Shown here: positions 12,697-25,416 of the stretch, piece by piece
How positions within the stretch are numbered: position 1 is the first letter of the stretch
How the letters are laid out: each line of letters begins with the position of its first letter
Assembly: GCA_004431415.1 (NCBI GenBank)
Contig: QPMI01000469.1
Span: forward strand, 1 to 64,000
DNA: 64,000 nucleotides
Direction of reading: 5' to 3'
Origin: Cyanophora paradoxa CCMP329
Taxonomy: Eukaryota; Plantae; Glaucophyta
Translations under genes and position numbers: made by a program
The notes under the pieces: model-generated
Databases searched by the model: none
What the model saw: only the letters and a program-made list of their open reading frames with translations
Told to the model about the DNA's origin: nothing

Positions 12697-13076
12697 GCCG
12701 ATGTCAAGATCGGCATCGACTGCGCGAGAGAGAGAGGATTGCGATTAGGGGCGACGTGATCACAATTAGGAGCGATTACGATTAGGAGCCAGGGGGAGGG
12801 GGCGGCTCAGCCGATGGCACCTTCACTATTGGCGCGCTCTGTTTTGTGTATGACGTTTTTTACGCTCGGAGGTTTTTAAACCGTACTGTTGCGCACCAGA
12901 GACTCGAGTGCATGACGCCCAAGCTGGCGCTCTCTGATTTTGTTTCCGTGCTGCCACCCCATATGAGGGTGTTGGTCTTAGGGGCATGGAACCTCCATCG
13001 CTCTGCATGTGAAGGGCGATCAGGCGGAGTTTGTTGAAGAGGTCCGTCCACAGGCGGTCACGGGTTTGGCTATTGC

Positions 13077-13375
13077 GCATTTGGACACGTACTAAAACGC
13101 AGGTCCGGGCTACAAGTGTGGGAATGTACACTGCGGCCGCCGCGGCCGCGGGCCCAGCCCACCAGCAAGCTGGCCGGCTGGGCCCCGCGTGGCCCCCTAA
13201 GGAGAGTAACTTAGTAATGCGCCTCCCCGCGGACACTCTAGCCAGCTATAGCTACATGTGCCTGCACGTGCCACGGTGCACGGCGTTGTGCTGCATCGCG
13301 TCTTGTGGCAGCGGGGGTCGTCTCGGGGCGGTGGGGGGAGCCCCTACGGCCCCTGGGGGCCCGACATGGAGTCAG
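13077..13375 (+). mobile_element. Partial copy of MITE-like family A
   Basis: GCATTTGGACACG..GGGCTACAAGTGTGGGAATGTAC..GGCCCAGCCCACC matches the copies at 20563, 35656, 56641 (rc) and 62265 (rc). Confidence 0.75.
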
Positions 13376-13466
13376 CCTGCGGACGGGGGGCGAAAAAGGG
13401 GGTCAGATCGAAATCGAAAGGTCTTGAGATCCAAATCAAAGCAAACGGGGCGCACTCGATCGACGA

Positions 13467-13561
13467 GCCTTGGGCCTTCAGGTCCTTCGCCTTTCGTCAA
13501 AACCGTACAAGCTGGCTTTGGCGTGTCTTATACATACTATTACGTATACTCTTCTTCTTCT
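13467..13561 (+). mobile_element. Dispersed repeat family B with (CTT)n tail; SINE/LINE 3-prime-end-like
   Basis: CCTTTCGTCAAAACCGTAC..GGCGTGTCTTATACATACT(CTT)n, shared with 24988-25087, 35841-35886 and 56316-56416. Confidence 0.7.
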
Positions 13562-14759
13562 CCTCTTTCTGCCCGAGCGAGCAGCTTTTCAGGCCGAAGA
13601 TCTGGAGGATTCAAGATGATTGGCTCAACAAAACTTTGAAAGTCACTCCATGGAGCTCTATGTCCAGCCTGGCAGCGTGTCTTTGCTCATGCCCCTATCA
13701 GAAGTTCGAGGACCATGCAGACAAGTTAATGTACCGTACATGCCATGATGTGCAAGGACCAGTACCATGTTCAAGGACCTGATGCCAAAGTATCTCAAAG
13801 GACCTGATGCCAAAGTCTTTTAGCTATATATATATATATAGCTCTTCGAATTCTCGCTGCTCAAGAATTATCTGCAGCCGCGTTGTCTGCAACAGCCCCG
13901 CAGCAGCTCCGATCAGCACAAGCTGTTGACGTCTAGACACCGATTCGATGTTGACGTAGGATGGAGCTAGTCGCTCATCGATAACCGTTGAACCTCGGCA
14001 CGTGTTATGTACTTAGGGACCTCGGAGCGCACTACTTAATATAAGCTTGGCTTCGGCCCGAGGTTTGTGTGTTGTGTGATGGCGCGGGGCGAGGTATATA
14101 TATATATACGACGTATGCAGCTGCAGCACGCTAGGCGACAGATTGCTTATATAATTAAATGAAGATTGCGAGACACTGATCGCTATACGATAGGCGGTGT
14201 CTAGCGCCTTAAGCTTCAGCATCGGTTTTGGGCCCGCGGCCACTGCGCATGCTAGCGCTGCGCGAGCTGCTAGCTATATAGCCTAGCTATCCGTATACGT
14301 AAGCGTATACGTAGCAGTACTTACTACGTACTGTATTAGCCTAGGTAGCCTATAGCTATAGCTAGTAGTACCGTACGCGTATACGTAGTACGACAGTACT
14401 CAGTGACTACTAGGCTACTAGGGCTAGGGAATCGGCATCATGGCCGGCCCAGTGGCATATGCACTGCGGCATCATGGCATGCGCATGCGCACACATAGAT
14501 CCTTTTCAAAGTAAGCACCGTGGCACATGTACGTATACAGCTGCAGCTGCAGCAAGTTGCAACTTGCGCACGCGCATGCGGCCGCGCCGCGCGCGCAATT
14601 TGCACGTGCACCCCTTACCCCCTACCCCCTCTCGTCCGACAGTACCCCTCGGGCCAACCGTTGCACCAAAACAGCGGCGATAACAGCAGCAGCAGCAGCC
14701 CAGCAACAGCAGCCCTGCAGCAACACCAGTGTCCATTAGCACCGTTCTAGAAAGCCAGC

Positions 14760-15351
14760 ATGCCGCGGAAGGAGATCTTCTACTGTAAGTCGTGTCCCGC
14801 TCTGCCCTGGCACGCCCCCCGGCACGCTCCGGCACGCGCTCACAACAGCGCAGCCGACAAGTATTTCGACGACACATTCGAATATCGCGTGCGTTGCCTG
14901 ATCAGAAGCCGACGCGCCTGAACGATTCTCGCGTTGAGCGAGCCGCGCCTAAATCGATCACTGGGGCTAATACTCTGTCCTCCTATTCGCGCAGCACGTT
15001 ATTCTCACTCCGCAAGTTGCGAAATTGCTGCAGAGGACCTTCCCAAACAGGCTACTCTCAGAGTCCGAATGGCGCTCTCTGGGTGTCCAGCAGGTGCACT
15101 GCAGCATTGGATTTTCCGCATTTCGCCTGACCTGACGAACGCAACCTGCGCTGTTCTTCCTGCGGCGATCAGTCCAAGGGCTGGGTCGGTTCTCAACTTC
15201 CTAGCCGTTCGCCTCGCATCGCGCGCTTATGCAGACTGCGATTTCGTTTCAGGTACACTACGCGCTGCATAGGCCCGAACCTCACATCCTGCTCTTCCGG
15301 AGGCCTCTCAACTTCGCGGCAAGCCAACCGACGGCGGCTGGTGGAGCCTAG
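14760..15351 (+). CDS. CKS1: Cyclin-dependent kinase regulatory subunit; missed by the ORF track
   Basis: Spliced [68 protein letters not shown]. Confidence 0.93.
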
Positions 15352-15758
15352 GAAGTCATCAGGTTCAGTTCAGGATTCCTCCAGTTTTTAGTTTAGGATT
15401 CTCCAGCGATAACATGCTCTTTCGGCTTCGAAATGCACGCGGTACACGTTCTTGGCACAAATCACCACACTTCACTTAATGCACTCCATGTGCGAGATCG
15501 GCTTCAAGCGCGGCTTGAAGCTACGCACGCACTGCCGCGCGCACTCCGAGAACCGCTTTTCGAGAGAAGTGCTGGCTCGCGCATTGCACTGCAATCCTGA
15601 TGTATGCAAAGGTGGGGGCGACAGCTCCCCCTAATCGTAATCGCAATCAAAGACGTCCTATTTAGCTTCCCCCAACCCCCAATCGTACACGATATCGATG
15701 ATCGCAATTCAAAGACGTCGTATTTGTCCCCCCAAAGGGCGAAAGCGCGTTGCGACAG

Positions 15759-17159
15759 CTACAAGGCTGCTCCCACACACGTGGGTCCATTGAAAAAAAA
15801 AATCCCGTGGATGGGAGTGTCTTTTCCGCTGATGGCTTTAACGACTTCTGATGCTACTGTGCCGCCCATGATCGCGCTCATGGAAACTAGCTGCAGTGGG
15901 AGGCCAGATACGATTTCACTGCTCGTGGTGAGTGATCAGCGTATGTTCACATAAAAAAAACCGTGATGTGCATGGGTTGGCACCTCAATGATTTCTCGTT
16001 AAAGTAAGAAGACGGTCCGCTCTTCCCCTGAACCAGTGAGGCACCGGTATGGAGAAGGTACGAAACGTCTGACAAGCTGGGAAGACGTTTTTGCTGAGCT
16101 AGAAACTCCAAACATACTGCTCGGCTTGTAAGCAAAGCAGCACACCAGATATAAAGAACGAACCTAGAAACGAGAAGAATGCCTGATTGGGTCGCTGCTG
16201 TACAGACCAGACTCTCGAAAGCTGCTCTTGTAAGGAGCTGTGCTCTTGCGTCTTTCTCGTCACCTCGGTAAATTTCTCGTCCTTCCTTGTAATCGTAAGC
16301 TCCCTGCAACGAATCCTTACCACTTGCAGCTGCATCTACTTGCACACGCGGCGCACTCGATGAAATCGTGGTTCAAGAGGTCTTGGGAAAGAAGGCCGTA
16401 CAATCCGAGCCCGATCGCCGAAAGAAATTTCACTCTCTGCTTTCTACATATGTTGTTGAGAGCGATCTGCGATGAGCTCAAAATCAAAACTCTAGTCATG
16501 TCTTGCAATGCTCCTGCGACGCACAAGCTCTGGCAGGGGCATGTCGAAAGCACAGACAACAGTGAAGCCAGAAAAGAAATCGGGCGTCTTCGAGGCCACG
16601 CCATCCGAATCCGCACGCACCTCTACAAGCGGGTTCAGCGCTTGGAATCGACTGAGAGCCGCTTGCACCCGCTGCCTTCTGGTTCAGCTCAGGCGTGCAG
16701 GCATCAAGCAGTACGCGCTCGCCAGCTTCCCGACATCCGCTGCAGCGAAGACGAAAGTGGTGTGCAGATCATCCGAGGAGACAGCCCGGTGGTCGAGGAG
16801 CGTCAAGCGGCCAACGCCGGCCAGGACGAGGTTCTTGACAGCCTGTAGTCGGAGTGAGATTGCGGACGCACCGTCCGCGTGCGGCCGCGGACCTCGGCGC
16901 ACAGCCCGGTCACCCCGCAAACGAGGACGCTGGCGCTGCTCATCCTGCGCCAAGATGTCTCAGCGCGCCGCATCGCTTGGACTCAACGGCATTAAGAAAT
17001 CGCTGACGCTCGCTGCGCCTCAACGCCCCACAGGCGGATCTGCCGGTCGTACACCTGCGCCTGCGCGGGAGCGTTCGCCGTCGACAGTCCCAACCGGGCT
17101 CACATCCCTTCGCCTGCGCGCACCTCTATATCGGAGATCTCGCGCTCGGGGACCGCCAT
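15759..17159 (-). CDS. SAE1: SUMO-activating enzyme subunit 1 (AOS1); 3-prime end approximate
   Basis: EAQVYDRQIRLWGVEAQ, AVKNLVLAGVGRLTLLD, MGGTVASEVVKAISGKDTPIHGIFFFNG. Confidence 0.85.
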
Positions 17160-17520
17160 TGTCGAGCGCGGTAAAGCGGCCAGGGTATGGCCCAACCATC
17201 CTCAGCTTGCTGTACCCCCAGAGGTAATCTGCGAGGCCAATCTCTTTTCAAGGTCCGTCGCAGGCCCGCGTACGTCGGAGAACTGTGCTATCGTTGTGTC
17301 CGTCGCTGCAATGCCTGCAGACCTAGGTTGATAAGACCCTCGGCTCCCCGATTCTTTGACCGCCGGGCTGCATAGAAGAGCCAGCCCTTGATTCCCGCGT
17401 GCATGTAGATTAGTGTACATAACGTTTATACGAAGAATTCCTTCGCCCGACAACTGCACTCCCTTCACTTTCTTCCGCGTACGCCTTCTGACTTCTGCCC
17501 TTTTAGGGGCCGCGGTCGCC

Positions 17521-20398
17521 ATGGCGTTCGTCACGACGCCCACGCCAAGCCTCCGGGCTTCTGGTTCTGTGGCGGGATTGTCCTCCGCCCGTTCGGCAGC
17601 GGAGCCCTCGAAGCCGCAGCACCCACGGGCGGCTGCCGACCGAGCGTACGCAGCTGCCGGCGCCGGCCACCAGTTCCGTGGCGGGGAGACTTTCCTAGTT
17701 CGTCGTTCCTTCTACGGCGTGCAGCTGAAGAAGGCAACTTACTTTGGCCGTTTCGGGTCGAACGCCGATATTCCGGCTGTGCGTGCGTCGGCCCAGCCTG
17801 ACGAGGCTTGCGATGAGGACGTTCCGACCAGCAACGGAATTATGAAGGCCGATTCGACCCCTGCAAAATCGAGTCTAGCCGATAAGCTCAGTGCGCTCCT
17901 GGCGAAGCTCAAGTCGTACTTCTCGGACGCTTCAGAGGAGACCCCGGTTCTCGCTAACGCCGGCGCGGCTGGATCTGTACCTCAGCCCGCGGCCCCGAAG
18001 ACCGCTTGGAAGAAGGTGAGACAATCTGATCACGGGGTAACGCTCGATCTGAACTTGCGCGCGCGTACACGAAGTTAATTCCCATGCTCATCATGTTCTT
18101 CGCAATCCTTTTCAACTACACGGTACGAAAACGCGCTCGCTTTGCGGGCGTTGAAACTATCTCACTAACGGTGACGGCAGATCCTGTGCGTCGGTCCACA
18201 CCACGATTATTCCCCGCCGGTCGCCGGCAACCGCTCACTTTTGACCCGATTCGCAGTCGCGATACCAAGGACGTGCTCGTGGTTCGTTCGGGCACGATCT
18301 CGGCGGAAACGTTGTGCTCACAGCTGCGCGGTGACAGGTCACCGCCCCGGGCTCCGGTGCCGAAGCGATTCCGTTCCTGAAGACCTGGGTCGTCGTCCCT
18401 GCGGCTCTCGGCTTCCTCGTCTTCTACACCAAGATGTCCAACGTGCTCAGCCGAGAGAACCTTTTCTACAGCGCTGTGCGTTCCACGTGTTAAGTCTTGT
18501 GCTCGTGAGTCGATGCTGATGGAGCTGTCAGCTTGTGCCGTTTCTTCTCTTCTTCGGCCTGTTCGCTACTGTGCTTTATCCAGCCAAGGACTTGCTCCAC
18601 CCGACTGCTTCTGCAGACTGGCTGGCATCGATTCTTCCCGCCGGTTTCAGCGGCCCTATCGGTATGTCGGCCGCTGTCGACTTGGACCCCACCGCCCGCT
18701 GACCACTGCGTGCAGCCATCTATCGCAACTGGACCTACGGTCTGCCGTGCTGTCTTTCACTTTTGATCTTCACAGAAACTGATATTTTTCTTTTCTTCAG
18801 CCTTGTTCTACGTGCTCGCAGAGTTGTGGGGCAGTGTCGTGCTGAGCCTTCTCTTCTGGGGCTTTGCCAACGAGGTCAACCCCATCTCGTGTTGTGAGTC
18901 CGTTTTGCACACTGAGACTTCTCTCCAGATCTGCAAGGTCGAGGAAGCGAAGAAGTTCTATCCCCTCTTCGGGCTTGGGGCGAACGTGGCGCTTGTCGTC
19001 TCGGGTCGTGTGGTGAAGGTGCACTTCTGGCATTATCGAAGTAGTCAAACTATCTCAGTCGAATTCTTATCGCTCTTCCCGTCGTAGTATCTCTCAAATG
19101 TTCGCGACTCTCTCCCAGCGGGCGTCGATCCGTGGGGCTACTCTCTCAACGCTCTGATGGGCCTCGTGCTCCTCGGCGGTCTTATTGTCCTTGGCACCTA
19201 TTGGGCGATGAACCGCTGGGTTCTCACCGACCCAGAAATGTACACGCCGCCTGCGGCTGGCGCCCCTGTCAAGTCCGGCAAGAAGAAGAAGCCGAAGATG
19301 AGTGTCAAGGAGTCCTTCATGTATCTCGGCCAGAGCCCATACATCCGCAATCTTGCTGTTCTCGTCATCTCGTACGGCGTGTCCATTAACCTCGTGGAGG
19401 TCACCTGGAAGTCGAAGATCAAGCAAGCGTTTCCCAACCCGAACCAGTACTCATCCTTCATGGGCGACTTCTCGACCCTCACTGGCATCTGCACTCTCGG
19501 CATGATGCTTCTGTCCCGTGTCGTGTTCAAGAAGTTCGGATGGGGCACTGGTGTGTAATCTTCCGTCTTTTCCTGTATTTTTCGTCAGAATTTTTCTGAC
19601 GATTTTCGTGTAGCTGCGATGGTCACTCCTGGAGTGCTTCTGGCAACCGGGCTGTCCTTCTTCGGGCTCATTCTTTTTGAGGGTTAGCGCCCTTCTTATA
19701 CATTGCTGGCTTTGTCTCACTCTTTTCTTTGCCGCAGACTTCTTCACGCCTGTGACCCAGATGTTCGGCATCTCACCACTCATGCTCGCTGTTTTCTGCG
19801 GAGCAGCACAGAACATCCTTTCCAAGGCCACCAAGTACTCGCTCTTTGATCCCACGAAAGAGATGGCATACATCCCCCTCGACCCTGAGACCAAGGTCAA
19901 GGGCAAGGCTGCCATTGATGTTGTAGGCGCTCGCCTTGGGAAGTCTGGTGGTGCCTTCCTGCAGCAAGTCCTCATTGTCTCGCTTGGCTCTCTGAGCGCT
20001 TCCACCCCCGTGCTGGCTGCCTGCTTCCTTGTCGTCATTCTCATGTGGGTCCGTTCCACAAGCCAGCTGTCCAAGGACTTCAAGGTCAAGTCTGCCGAGT
20101 TCGAGAAGGAGCAGAAGAAGATTGCAGAGGCCGCTGCCGCGTCTGCACCTGCCATCGCCCCACGTGCTCCGTCCCCAGTACGTCACAAATTTGCCTGTTG
20201 TCATCTTGCTTCCTGTTAATAATTTGGCGGTAGAAGCGACAGGCGACGGTGGTTTGCCCTCAGTGCCTGGGCTCTGGGGTTGTATACCGGAAGGATCCCG
20301 CGGCGGGTTTCGTGGAGACTCCATGCAAGTTCTGCGAGGGGAGTGGCTCTGTGCCGGAGCCCGTTGCCCCAACTCAACCCGGTGTTGCCATCAACTAA
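17521..20398 (+). CDS. NTT: Plastid ATP/ADP translocase (NTT/TLC family) with a C-terminal DnaJ-type zinc-finger exon
   Basis: Transit peptide MAFVTT; [80 protein letters not shown]. The last exon (20234-20398) encodes [16 protein letters not shown]. Confidence 0.93.
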
Positions 20399-20562
20399 CA
20401 CTTCACCGCAAGACTCTCTCGACCAAATTAGTGTTTGCTCTCTTTTAAGTAGCCTTCCTAGGGTATGGGGTGGGTTTGGGGTATGGATGTCGACTTTTGT
20501 TTAGCCACTTTGAACGTGTCTTTTTGCATGGAGTGAGCAGTTACTGCTCAAAGCTACGCTTC

Positions 20563-20980
20563 GAGCATTTGGACACGATCTAAATCGCGGGGTTCTAAGT
20601 GTAGAATGTACTCGTGCACTGCAGCGACATGTGGCCCAGCCCACTAAGCTTGTGCCTGGCCAGGGGAACTCTGAGCCTTGCATGCGCAGGGGAACTATGT
20701 GCCCCCCCGCAGACACTGGGGTATCCCCTTGGGGGTACTATGTATCCCCTGCGTCTTGCAATTGGGGCTCGTGGCCCAAAACGGCGTGGCCCACTGCCCC
20801 ACCCGCTGTGCTGGCACTGGCACCTGTAGCCAGTGTCTGCGGAGGGCAACGCGTACGCAGGGTCTGGCCGGCTAGCCATGAGCTTGGTGGGCTGGGCCGC
20901 CCCCGCGGCAGGGGCACCACAGTGTACATCCCACACTGTTGTAGCCCCGACGTTGCGATTTAGTTCGTGTCCAAAAGCTA
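20563..20980. mobile_element. Most complete family A MITE-like element, about 420 bp, with long imperfect terminal inverted repeats
   Basis: Left end GAGCATTTGGACACGATCTAAATCGC..GGCCCAGCCCACTAAGCT; reverse complement of right end TAGCTTTTGGACACGAACTAAATCGC..GGCCCAGCCCACCAAGCT. Confidence 0.8.
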
Positions 20981-21165
20981 ATCGATTGGTGCATTGGTGT
21001 GCAAGAACAGCAGTGGGGCAGTTATTTCGAAGGAGCATAGATGATGGTGATCCGGTTGTTGGAGAGTGACATGGAAGATGTCGAGAAACACATGTACAGC
21101 AGTGGGGGCGCACAAATCTGATGGCCAGATATAGGACCACTGTGACGCTTCTGAGCCTGTCAAAA

Positions 21166-21935
21166 TCAGTCGGGAATTTTGTCCCTGAAAAACGATAAGG
21201 AGGTTGCGGAAAAGTAACACCGCAGCAAACAATTTCGTACACCTGGATTGAGTTGGAATTCTCAGTTCAAACAATGAGACAAAAGCAATGAGGATGGCAA
21301 AACACACTTCTGCCATTCGTGCCAGAATAACAGCTTTTGAAGTGTCTTGTATTTCTCCAGCGAGAAAGAATTCATCAAGAATGACGTATACCTTCACAGA
21401 TTCAGGTCATATGTCAATGCAAAACACAAGTGAAGCAGACCTTGTGAAAGTTAAATACGAGGTCTAGCTCGCAGACATTCCCGAAGTACTGGTCAAGAAC
21501 CTCGACCTGATTGCAGTCCACATTAGCTTTGCTTCTGCATCCCCAGTCTAACATGTGCTCACGAAGAGGTGGATGGACTCGAGGTACGAGAGCTCGTTAT
21601 CAGTCACGTCGACGCACAGGCTGAAGAAAAGCCCCGCGTAGCGCCTGTAAATGATTTTGTAATTGCGGAACTGAGTGACGGTGAGCGTCGCATTCGCATG
21701 CGCGTGCCGCACGGGATGTGCAGTACCTCGACGAAATTCGTGAACTTCGGTTCCCTGTGTGTCACGAGTCTGTGCACCTCTGTCTCTAATTGAGCCTTCT
21801 CGTCGTCTCCCAGCGGCATCCAGTACTTGGACAGCCGCGTCTTTCCCTGCCGGTTCTGCAGCAGAATGAACCGGATCTGCGCGCCGGCGCTCAGTACGCG
21901 ACGTTCTTCTGCGCTAAATGGAGCATCTGCACCAT
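21166..21935 (-). CDS. AP2S1: AP-2 adaptor complex sigma subunit
   Basis: [72 protein letters not shown]. Confidence 0.92.
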
Positions 21936-22202
21936 GCTGTCAAGACCCCGGAGCCCGTCGAAGTTCGCGGGCGCCGCTCGAGCGCGGGCGTACGGGTCGG
22001 GGCGCGCTGGAATGTAGTACAGGCGGGTAGTACTTTCGCTACAGTCGCGTCAGCCGTAGTAGCGCTGCTACCGGAGGCTAAGCGGCTACTAAGCGTATTA
22101 AGCGGCGAATAAGCGGCGTATTAAGCGCGGACGGGGGAGTACGCGTTTCTCAACGCCGCGTGGCCGACCCTCGCACAGCTGCAGGTTTCAGAGTGATCGG
22201 CG

Positions 22203-23773
<1,571 letters not shown>

Positions 23774-23879
23774 GCTGTTCTATTGCAAGTTGGAGAGATA
23801 CACACCTGTACAGCAGCGCAAAACCCAACCCAGGGGTGACTGCAGTTAGAGCCAAGCCGCCTTAACTTAGATAGAGAGC

Positions 23880-24610
23880 TACAATCGGAATTACGACTAG
23901 CCAATTGCTACTTGGCAAGGGAGCTAACCGAAGACAGTCTTGCTGCAGCTGGCCGTCCCTGGCAATTACGACCAGAGTTAAGACAAGAATTACGATTACG
24001 GTCCCACGGCCAAGCTCTGATAAGAATTTACGACTATGGTCACAATTACGATTGGGAGTCTAGGCGAGGGCTAGGTCGGTGGAGCTCGAGTAGACTGATC
24101 AGAATTACGATCAAGTTCAGTCAAGTTCTGGCCATGGACATATAATTTTATAAGCTTAACTTTTTAGTAAGATCGCGGCATGCAGGTCTTCACAAATTAC
24201 GAATTACGATCGCAAAGAAGCTAAGAATTACGACGATTACGACGCATAATCGCGATCGTAATTTTTCCAATCGTAACTCCTGCCCCCAGCGATCTAGACA
24301 TCTGACTCCCCCCGCCTCTGGCATAGATCGCTATCGTAATTCTTCCGATCGTAACTAGTACTTGCTGGTGTGGATGTGTCTACTGCATTTCTCTCTCTCT
24401 CTCTCTGATCGTAACTTCTCTAGCGATCGTAATTCTCTCCGGGCTTGGCTCTAGCGATCGCGATTCTTCCGATCGTAACTCTCTATCTAGGCCGCCTCCG
24501 GCGAATCGCGATCGTAATAATTTTAACGTCTATCCAAACGCCTATCGTAACTCCTGCGGCCGCCGGGCATAATCGTGATCGTAATTTTTCCGATCGTAAC
24601 TCCTGCGCCT
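23880..24610. repeat. ATTACG/CGTAAT-rich degenerate repeat block whose orientation flips near 24250 (family C)
   Basis: Many AATTACGA copies up to about 24245, then many ATCGTAA copies. A near-identical 39-nt unit occurs at 24245 and 24568. Confidence 0.75.
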
Positions 24611-24987
24611 ACGCAGGAACGTCCTCCTCTGCGTGGGCTCCGGCGTCGACGAGGCCCGGAGGCTGCCCCCGGAGGGTCCCCAGGAGTAGGTGTATTTTCA
24701 TTGCGTAGGCCGCCTTCGAAAGGATAGGCCTCGCAGACGGGGGTAGCTGGGTTCGCGCCTCGTTTTTCGAGGCTTGCGTTTCTGGCACTGCTCACTATAC
24801 TATCCCACTACGGGCCCGGCATCCCCCGGGTACCAGCACGAACTACGGTAGCATGTGGGCGTGTAGCTACCGTGTAAAGAGCAGGCAGCACTTATGCGTC
24901 ACTGGGCCTGCGCCTCTGGCCCCTTGCCAGAGCTGCCAATCTGCCTGTTTTTTCCCGCATCAGCACAAAATGTGTCTGGCTGGTTCA

Positions 24988-25087
24988 CTGTCAATTGTGC
25001 CTTGGGCCTTTGCAATTGGGTCCTTCACCTTTCGTCATAACCGTTCGGCTGGCTTGGGCGTGTCTTATACATACTCTTCTTCTTCTT
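24988..25087 (+). mobile_element. Family B repeat copy
   Basis: CTGTCAATTGTGC..GGGCGTGTCTTATACATACTCTTCTTCTTCTT. Confidence 0.7.
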
Positions 25088-25416
25088 GTGGATGGCTGCT
25101 GGCCAATGTGGGCAACCTCGAGGCTCCCGGCGAGCTTGAGGTCCCGCCAGACGCATTAGATTTGATCACATCTCGAGTTTAATCCAAGTTTGGTCTAGTC
25201 TAGGGTACAGGGGGTTGGACGATCGATGATCATGGCCATGGGGGGTTGGACGTCTTTGATTACGATTACGTCTGCATGCGCACTGCGGCACGTCTTTGAT
25301 TACGATTACGATTAGGGGTGGGGCCCGGGGCGACTGAACTAAATATATAAGGTCGAACGTCTTTAATTACGATTACGATTAGGGGGTTGGGTGACTGACT
25401 CCGAGGCTCTCAGCTC

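Noticed and set aside
20595-21242. 215-aa minus-strand ORF as a long C-terminal extension of AP2S1
   Set aside because: It runs through the MITE. A splice giving EVDKIPD-stop at 21166 fits the normal sigma subunit length.
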